Of a DNA stretch of 64,000 nucleotides, positions 48,041 through 54,779 are shown piece by piece. The stretch is taken from NCBI GenBank assembly GCA_963817525.1, contig CAWFOU010000007.1:608001-672000 (forward strand), written 5' to 3'. This DNA is from an uncultured archaeon. GTDB taxonomy: Archaea > Thermoproteota > Nitrososphaeria > Nitrososphaerales > Gagatemarchaeaceae. Every line of letters begins with the position of its first letter. Position 1 is the first letter of the stretch. The position numbers and the translations under genes are program-made. The notes beneath the pieces are model-generated. The model had not been told where the DNA came from. It did no database searches and was given only the letters and a program-made list of their open reading frames with translations.

Positions 48041-48634
48041 TTACGGCTGGATGTTCGGGGTGCCAAAGTCGTCCGCGAACTTCCGCTCCTCGACGCTGCC
48101 GCACTGCTCGCACCGGGTCCTCCCCTCGTCTCCCCGGGGCAGTGGCGCGCCGCATACGCTGCAGAGCGCGGCTATCACTCCCAGGTGGGTCTCGTCGATG
48201 GACAGCTGGTTCATCCCGTTCAGCGTGCTGGCGACCCTCGCCCTCACGACGTCCGCCAGCTTGACGTAGGTGCGCCTCTCCCCCCTCCCTCCGCGCTCTC
48301 CGCGCGTGAAAATCGTGCCCGGGAAGCTGGCGTGGCTCTCGACCCCGTTGATGTACGAGACCTTCACTCCTGCGGTGCTCGTCATCGCGGCCTCCACCTG
48401 GCCGATCACGACGTCTCCCACCTTCAAGGTCTTCGCGACCACCGCGGGGCGCACCGCGACCTCTCTCTTCGAAAGGTCCTTCTCGACCCGTCCAGGGTGC
48501 GTGGCCCTCACCGAGTCCCCTTGCTCATACGCGTTCTTTCCCGGAAGGAACTCTTCAGGGGAAGCTAGAAAGTCTCCCGGAAGCACGACGGCTGCCGAGG
48601 CGGCCTTCTTCGCATCTGCTTCTTGCTTGCTCAT
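48041..48634 (-). CDS. csl4: Exosome subunit Csl4
   Basis: VLPGD.L..EEFLPG, S1 domain, LGVI.A.CS.CG..C..CG..E.RK. Confidence 0.9.
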   Translation of the reverse strand: MSKQEADAKKAASAAVVLPGDFLASPEEFLPGKNAYEQGDSVRATHPGRVEKDLSKREVAVRPAVVAKTLKVGDVVIGQVEAAMTSTAGVKVSYINGVESHASFPGTIFTRGERGGRGERRTYVKLADVVRARVASTLNGMNQLSIDETHLGVIAALCSVCGAPLPRGDEGRTRCEQCGSVEERKFADDFGTPNIQP

Positions 48635-48643
48635 CTCTATACA

Positions 48644-49684
48644 CTAACCCGCTCGCCGCGGAATCTGGCCCACTGTGAGCTCGATCCACTTCGGCCTGTG
48701 CAAAAAGTCGTTCATCCCCCTCCCCTCGAGCAGCCCCACGAGCGCGTCCGCCTGAGGGATCGAGAGGACCGGCTTGCTGAAGGTGAAGCCGTCTATGGAG
48801 ATCCTCGGACAGGCGGTCTGGACGAAGGCCTCGATGTGCATGTACTGAGCGAGCCTGTCAGGCGTGATGTCCCGCATCGCGAGCTGGACCACCTTCTTCC
48901 CGTTGGCCTGAAGCCTGCTGGTGATCCATTTCGAGCGCCCTACCATCATCTGGCCCTCCTTCAGGCCGGTGACCACGCCGAAGACCTTCGCGTCGAGGGC
49001 CTTGTAGACGGCGAGTACCGCTCTCTTCTGCCTCTCCTCGGCCTCCTCCTTCATGTCGCGCATCTCCTCGAGGTACGGGTCGAGGAGGTAGGTCGGCTTC
49101 CCCGTCGCCAGCGCGACGCCCACGGCATGGAACTCGCTCTGTCCCAAGTAGCAGAACGCGTCGACCTGCTCTGTGTTCTCGAACACCGTCGAAAAGTCGC
49201 ACCCGAACGTCTGGCTCCCGAGGAGGAGGTTGTTCTTCCTGCCGAGGTGGACCTCGAACCCGGCCTCCTCGAGCTGCCTCTTCACGGGCCCGAGCTGGTC
49301 AAGGTGCTGGCTGAACGTGGCTAGCCCTATCCGCTTGTACTTTGAGAGCAGGGGAATCGACCTCTGGACGACCGCGTCGAACCTGATGTCGTCCTTTGCG
49401 TCCACCAGGTAAGTGTAGTCGCCGACCTCCAAGACGGAGGCGTTGTGCCCGATGTGCAAGGCGAGGCTGGCGCCGAGCCTCTCGACCTCGTTGTCCACGG
49501 TGTCGCATATCCCAAAGCAGCTGTCTCCGACCAGCACGCACTGGACGCCGTACTTGAGCTCGACGACCCGCATCAGCTCCATGGTCTGCCTCAGGAGGCC
49601 GCCGGGGGCGTTCAGGATTATCCTGGTCGGGTGCTTCTCCTCGATGAGGTTGAAGACCCGCTCTGTGTCGATCTTTACGGTCAA
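48644..49684 (-). CDS. dph2: Diphthamide biosynthesis protein Dph2
   Basis: CFGICD, GQ.FGCD, K.GQ, TACPRISID. Confidence 0.93.
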   Translation of the reverse strand: MTVKIDTERVFNLIEEKHPTRIILNAPGGLLRQTMELMRVVELKYGVQCVLVGDSCFGICDTVDNEVERLGASLALHIGHNASVLEVGDYTYLVDAKDDIRFDAVVQRSIPLLSKYKRIGLATFSQHLDQLGPVKRQLEEAGFEVHLGRKNNLLLGSQTFGCDFSTVFENTEQVDAFCYLGQSEFHAVGVALATGKPTYLLDPYLEEMRDMKEEAEERQKRAVLAVYKALDAKVFGVVTGLKEGQMMVGRSKWITSRLQANGKKVVQLAMRDITPDRLAQYMHIEAFVQTACPRISIDGFTFSKPVLSIPQADALVGLLEGRGMNDFLHRPKWIELTVGQIPRRAG

Positions 49685-50196
49685 GCAGGAACAGCCGCTT
49701 CTGTCTTCTTTAGCTGCGTGACGACTATCTTGTATGTGAACGGGAGCTTCGTGGTCGCCGCCTTCAGGGCCGCCTTGGCCTTCTCGAGGTTCTCCGCCTT
49801 GATCAGGATGTCCAGTATTACGCTGCCGATGTCGACTCGCGCCGCGACCCCTATAGGCTTCCCGAACGCCTTGCGCATCCCCTCCTGCAGCCTGTCCGCT
49901 CCTGCGGTGGCGATCATCTTGTTCTCGCGCATCACCACAAATGGGTACGAGACCACCCGAAGGTAGAACGCCTCCTCGCCGACGAGGGCGAGCTTCTTGC
50001 TCGCCGCGACCCTCGCCGCCTCTAGCGCGTTGCTCCTTATCTGGAGCCGGTTCAAGGAGACCAGCTCAAGCTTGTAATCGTAATCGGCGCTGAACTTGCC
50101 TGTGGTGAACCTCGCGACCTTGGGGTTGGGGGTGCCAGGTGCGAACTTCTTGTTGTAAAACATTGACTTCGCTTCGCGATAATTTGCTCCGTGGAC
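49681..50196 (-). CDS. rpl10e: Ribosomal protein L10e/uL16
   Basis: IRSNALEAAR, RENKMIATAGADRLQEGMRKAFGKP; N-terminus (V)HGANYR begins at GTC after SD GAGGTGA. Confidence 0.93.
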   Translation of the reverse strand, partial: VHGANYREAKSMFYNKKFAPGTPNPKVARFTTGKFSADYDYKLELVSLNRLQIRSNALEAARVAASKKLALVGEEAFYLRVVSYPFVVMRENKMIATAGADRLQEGMRKAFGKPIGVAARVDIGSVILDILIKAENLEKAKAALKAATTKLPFTYKIVVTQLKKTEAAVPA

Positions 50197-50445
50197 CCCC
50201 CTTCACCTCTTCAAGACGGCCACCTTGGCGACCCCTAATTAATGTTGACTAATCCGCTCTGGCAGCCATGCTAGTGGCTTCCTAAATCCACCCAGCGAAG
50301 TACCCTGTTTTATCAACGGCCGCAATTCTACGCATTGTCGATTGCGTCCAAACTCAAAAGAATTGCCCTGTCTACCCGCGAGTTATGGGTGCCTCGTAGT
50401 TTGGGCAGGCCCTTCTATTCCAATAGTTCCACTCGGAGATAGTCC

Positions 50446-50517
50446 GTTCGGACGGCTCTGGTGCGTCTTAGGGAGATAGGCCCTCGAGAACTTATGGTGG
50501 TGCATCTCGGGAGATGG
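50446..50517 (+). repeat. 72-bp inverted repeat, left copy (partner 51226-51297)
   Basis: 66/72 identity to the reverse complement of 51226-51297, aligned by eye. Confidence 0.9.
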
Positions 50518-50606
50518 CATCTCAGCGCTGGTAGTGGCCCCCATCGGCACCGTTCGGACAAAGATGTATTAGTTACTAACTGACCCTGATAGAATCGTGC
50601 CGCCTT

Positions 50607-51209
50607 ATGCCATCGAGAACAGCGGTCGGAACAGTGGCAATCGTCCTCGGCATCGTGATCGTAATTGCAGCAACAGGCGCCATCTTCTATGTCAACGAAT
50701 CAGCTACCAATCCAGTCCAAATACACACACTGTCAACGACTTCCATCACCTCAGTCAGGACAATAGTTTCCAGTCAGTCCGCGACATCAAGTTCAGCCGC
50801 GACCTCCGCAGATTCTGAAACGTGCTACCAAGGCTCAGTGCCCACGAACACCTCGGCGTCTGGCAGCCAATCGGCATACAGCAGAACCGTCTTCAATGTC
50901 ACACAGGAATTCAATTCGTGGAGTTGGATGTCCTTGTCCACCTTCAAGGTCGGGTCGTATACCTTCGTCACTACAAACCCCGCAACGACCCAGGGCGTCA
51001 CCACGTTGGAGCCTCAACTATTCTTCAATGTGACGAACAGTCAAGGCCAGATGCAAACAACCAGTTTTACGAATCTGGGCGGCTGGAACGGCCAAGTGTG
51101 GCCTCCTGACATGGGGCTTCAGGCAGCGCTCTTCGGAGGGGATGCGACCATACAGTGGCTCTTTCTTTGCAACAGTCAGAATGTCTTCTTGGAGGTAACA
51201 ACGCAGTAG
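50607..51209 (+). CDS. Membrane-anchored/secreted Ser/Thr-rich protein
   Basis: N-terminal TM, S/T linker, beta-rich domain with a Cys pair. Confidence 0.75.
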   Translation: MPSRTAVGTVAIVLGIVIVIAATGAIFYVNESATNPVQIHTLSTTSITSVRTIVSSQSATSSSAATSADSETCYQGSVPTNTSASGSQSAYSRTVFNVTQEFNSWSWMSLSTFKVGSYTFVTTNPATTQGVTTLEPQLFFNVTNSQGQMQTTSFTNLGGWNGQVWPPDMGLQAALFGGDATIQWLFLCNSQNVFLEVTTQ

Positions 51210-51225
51210 GTTAACAGAATCTTTT

Positions 51226-51297
51226 CCATCTCCCGAGTTGCACCAGCATAAGTTCTCGAGGGCCTATCTCCCGAAGACGCACTAGAGCCGTTCGGAC
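51226..51297 (-). repeat. 72-bp inverted repeat, right copy
   Basis: See 50446-50517. Confidence 0.9.
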
Positions 51298-51345
51298 AAA
51301 ACTATTAGTTTAGGCGGGCTATCCAATCACTATCGAGGCCCTAGC

Positions 51346-52095
51346 ATGGCGCAGACTGTCAATGGCAACAAGAGTCTTGTTTACGTAGCTTCGGCAATAC
51401 TCGCCGCTGGAATTCTTGTTTCTGCCGGACTTATTCTCGTCCCTACATCGCACTCCACGACGACCGTGACGTCCACTTCCACGACGACCTCGACGACGAC
51501 TCTAACGACGTACCCCGGGCTCCTCGCCTATTGTGCCTCCGCGAACTCCTACACACAACATGAGAACGTGGATATGGTGGTCGGGACCAGCCCTCCGGCG
51601 ATCCTCTGCCTTCAGCTCTACGATATCAACTCGACCTCCCCTATCGTAGTCGACACTGCCAGTCTAGTTTCGGTCCAGGGTTCCGAGCAGGGATTCGTCG
51701 GCGGAGGGAATTTCACGGTCATCGCGAGTCAGGACCAACTCACACTGGGGGGACCCTCGAACCTCAATGAAGGCACGATTGTCGCGTACGCCATCACGGC
51801 CAGACCAGGCGCGAACGGCACCTACTCGCTGCAGATTGGCGGTTGGCATCTCATAGGCATAGATGAGGAGCTGTGCCCGTTCTACGGTCAAGTCATCGCG
51901 GGGACGGGGCAGCCCAACTATTTTCGCGGCTTGGATGGCGGTGGCTCCCCCTGCACAGTCATCAATACTCTGCCAAATGGCTCAGTGAAGCTAAGCCCGG
52001 CAGAGGAGTCTGAGATTCCAGGAGTAGCAAACGGCTATGTCATGAACAGCACCCTCTACTTCAAAGCCATCGACGTCGTCGATTCAACACAATGA
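51346..52095 (+). CDS. Membrane-anchored Thr-rich surface protein, paralog 1
   Basis: TM, poly-T linker, PAILCLQLY, GGGNFT..SQ.QLTLGGPSN..EGT.VAYAITA.PGA. Confidence 0.8.
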   Translation: MAQTVNGNKSLVYVASAILAAGILVSAGLILVPTSHSTTTVTSTSTTTSTTTLTTYPGLLAYCASANSYTQHENVDMVVGTSPPAILCLQLYDINSTSPIVVDTASLVSVQGSEQGFVGGGNFTVIASQDQLTLGGPSNLNEGTIVAYAITARPGANGTYSLQIGGWHLIGIDEELCPFYGQVIAGTGQPNYFRGLDGGGSPCTVINTLPNGSVKLSPAEESEIPGVANGYVMNSTLYFKAIDVVDSTQ

Positions 52096-52110
52096 ATGTG
52101 TGAGAGCACT

Positions 52111-52899
52111 ATGCCATTACAGGTGAATCGTAGGAGAAGCATCGGTTACGTCATCGCAGCGATGGTTGTCGCCGGAATCCTCGTGTCAACAACGCTCATC
52201 CTCGTCCCTCGGTCGCTCTCCACGACCACCACAGTGTATGCGACCGCGACAGAGACGACCACATTGACCGCTACACAGACGATGACGCTCGCAAACGTGT
52301 CAACCCGAAGCGCGGGAATCAACGCCTCAAACAGCGCAGCGCTCCTCGCAGCTTGCGCGTCCACGCACTCTACATCAACGGGCTACGTGGTTATCGGGCC
52401 TAGCTCTCCCGCGATTGTCTGTCTCCAGCTCTACGAATTCAACTCGAACTCGTCCATCGACCTGAACACCACGGGTCTCCTTTCAGTCGGAGGTTCAGAG
52501 GAGGAGTTCGGGCCGAGCATCGGCGGAGGCAACTTCACCATTCAGACGAGCCAGGGTCAGCTGACACTGGGAGGCCCCTCCAACGCCGATGAAGGCACGA
52601 CTGTCGCGTACGCCATCACGGCCAAGCCAGGGGCGAGCGGGCAGTACGCCTTGTTAATAGACGGCTGGAATGTCCCGGGCGAGGGAGGTGCGCCGGAGGA
52701 ATGTCCAAGCTGGGGAGTGCTCTTCGCAGGGAATGGTGAGCCCGACTACGCTATGAACGGGCCGATAGGCTCGTGCATAACTATTGTTTCATCAGCTCCG
52801 CCGAGTACACCGCAGCCTTTCTCAATCCCGGGAGTCAACTACGTCACGAGCAACACTCTCTACTTCAATGTAGTCGCCGTCATTGATTCAGTCCAATGA
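52111..52899 (+). CDS. Membrane-anchored Thr-rich surface protein, paralog 2
   Basis: Same blocks as 51346-52095 (PAIVCLQLY, GGGNFT..LTLGGPSN..EGT.VAYAITA, TLYF..DS.Q). Confidence 0.8.
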   Translation: MPLQVNRRRSIGYVIAAMVVAGILVSTTLILVPRSLSTTTTVYATATETTTLTATQTMTLANVSTRSAGINASNSAALLAACASTHSTSTGYVVIGPSSPAIVCLQLYEFNSNSSIDLNTTGLLSVGGSEEEFGPSIGGGNFTIQTSQGQLTLGGPSNADEGTTVAYAITAKPGASGQYALLIDGWNVPGEGGAPEECPSWGVLFAGNGEPDYAMNGPIGSCITIVSSAPPSTPQPFSIPGVNYVTSNTLYFNVVAVIDSVQ

Positions 52900-52957
52900 A
52901 ACCCTAGGAATGAACAGCGACTGAAAGTGCGCGGCGGGATTTTTCGCCGGAAGAATC

Positions 52958-54199
52958 TCAGGCCAAGTCAAATTCGCGTGTTTGTCGCTGCCCACCATCA
53001 TGAGGAGCCATCATCGGGTGCCTCCTTAACGGAAACTCATCAGGGGGCCAAATAACCGATGCGTAGAAACACCCTTTGCAGTATGCTTGCGCGTTGAAAA
53101 ACTCGAAGGCTCTTTGAGCTTCACGAAGCTTCTGGCCAACCAAGTAGGGCTGAATCTCCCTGAGAACGCGCAAGGCCCTGATCCCTGCGACGCCCTTCCT
53201 CCACAGCGGCTGCCAGCCGAGCGGCCTCTCCTTTGGCTTCTCCGGCCTCGGAAGCCCACATAAATCGGCAAATTGGAAGACCGGCTGCGGATCAGTCATC
53301 CTGAGATCCAAATCAACCGTAGTGGTGTCAAACTTCTTCAGGTAATGGGAGCCGATGCGAACCTCGCCCTGCACCAAGCCTCCTACCCATGCTCGATCAT
53401 CGTCCGATTGGATAACAACCTCGGGAACTTTCCACTGATTCATTAGGTCTGAGCTATTGCGAACTTCTGGCCATACACGTAATGCATCATTCCGGTCCCT
53501 CCTGACGAGGGAATGGAGAAGCGGGTGTTCGAGGTAATTCTGCGGTGTAGTCGTCTCGTCGGCGGCCATTCGTAATCCACCTCGTTTCTTGGTTCTCCAC
53601 GGAAATTCACCGCGCGACCAGATGTCGAGATTCCCGAAGCACCCTGAATGGCTCCCATATGGAGAGAAGAAAGACAACGCCTTTTCCGCTTCTTTCAGCT
53701 TCTCGCCAAGCAAGAAAGGCTGTAGCTCCTGCAGAACTCTGAAGGCCCGCAGGCCCGAGACGTTCTTGTGCCAGTTGGGCTTCCAATCATGATTCTTGAC
53801 TGGTTTTGACGGGTGCGACAGCCCGACGTAGTCAGAAAACTTGAAGACGGGCTCAGGGTCGGTCATCGAAACGTCGATGTTGAGGCAGGTCACATCGTAT
53901 CGCGTGTAGAATCTGGCTTGGATGCATCCTTCCGCTTGGGTCAGCCCTGCGACCCAGCGTCTACCTGTGGTCGTGGGGATAATCACTTGCGGAATGTTGC
54001 GCTGCATGATTTCTCGCATCTGTGGCCGCCTGGACCACTCGTGCGGCGACTCAATCGCGAAGCGTTTCATGTGATAACGGACCGTCCCGGGAGTCCGATA
54101 TCCCAGCCTGTCCGCTGCCTCCGCCAGGCCCTTGCTCGTCCTCACGACCTCTTCGAAATACGGTAGCCACTGCGGGCTCCCAAAGGGCGGCCGGGGCAT
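52958..54199 (-). CDS. HTH plus tandemly duplicated LAGLIDADG-like domain protein
   Basis: N-terminal LAEAADRLGY..GTVRYHMKR; two ~150-aa repeats (WVAGLTQAEG..MTDP..LQPFLLGEK and WVGGLVQGEV..MTDP..IQPYLVGQK). Confidence 0.75.
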   Translation of the reverse strand: MPRPPFGSPQWLPYFEEVVRTSKGLAEAADRLGYRTPGTVRYHMKRFAIESPHEWSRRPQMREIMQRNIPQVIIPTTTGRRWVAGLTQAEGCIQARFYTRYDVTCLNIDVSMTDPEPVFKFSDYVGLSHPSKPVKNHDWKPNWHKNVSGLRAFRVLQELQPFLLGEKLKEAEKALSFFSPYGSHSGCFGNLDIWSRGEFPWRTKKRGGLRMAADETTTPQNYLEHPLLHSLVRRDRNDALRVWPEVRNSSDLMNQWKVPEVVIQSDDDRAWVGGLVQGEVRIGSHYLKKFDTTTVDLDLRMTDPQPVFQFADLCGLPRPEKPKERPLGWQPLWRKGVAGIRALRVLREIQPYLVGQKLREAQRAFEFFNAQAYCKGCFYASVIWPPDEFPLRRHPMMAPHDGGQRQTREFDLA

Positions 54200-54639
54200 C
54201 AGCTAGCGCCTCCCAGCCTCGTTATGGCCGAGCCCAACTCATCGATCGAATACGCCACGCCGTCGGCGTGGGCCAGGACTTCGCGGAGCACCCTTGCGAG
54301 CGTGACGGGTTCCTCGTGGGGCGCCTCGGCGAGCGCGACGCAGCGGATCCCCGGGTGCGAGCCCTTCAGGCGTTTGAACTTCACGTCGATGAACGCGGCG
54401 TTCCTCTCCATCCAGCCCAGAGCGACCCCCCTCCTTCCGATGGTCTTCCAGCATTCTAGGACCGTCCTGCGGTCGCTCAGGAAAAAGTCCACCACGATCA
54501 GCCTGCCCCCGTTGGCGAAGACCGCGTGGGTGAGGTGGGTAAGGCCCAGCTCGAGGAGGAGGTCGCGGACCTGCCTTTCCTGCTCCGTGAGGGGTATCAG
54601 GGCGTGCGCTCGGGTCATCCATTTTGAAGACGGGTTCAT
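54199..54639 (-). CDS. PD-(D/E)xK/Vsr-like nuclease-fold protein
   Basis: QERQVRDLL..LG...IVVDFFL...VLECW; TGATG overlap with the LAGLIDADG gene. Confidence 0.6.
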   Translation of the reverse strand: MNPSSKWMTRAHALIPLTEQERQVRDLLLELGLTHLTHAVFANGGRLIVVDFFLSDRRTVLECWKTIGRRGVALGWMERNAAFIDVKFKRLKGSHPGIRCVALAEAPHEEPVTLARVLREVLAHADGVAYSIDELGSAITRLGGAS

Positions 54640-54779
54640 TGGAATAGTAGGATTATGGGCTATTTAATCACCACAAGGGTTTTATCTTGCTTAGTTATCT
54701 AATAGAGGCGATATTCTAGCTAATTTGGTCTTTATGCCCGAGAACGCTTATCTTCCCAAGGCTCCAAGCAGTTCGCGGG

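Noticed and set aside
50550-50580. dif/Xer-like site CGTTCGGACAA..ATTAGTT
   Set aside because: The spacer length differs between the two copies, and the right arm is better explained as a TATA box.
52890-52910. Fourth copy of the R repeat (CCAATGAAACCC)
   Set aside because: Only ~11 nt match, explained by a Gln-stop ending shared by the paralogs, and the GC-rich half is missing.
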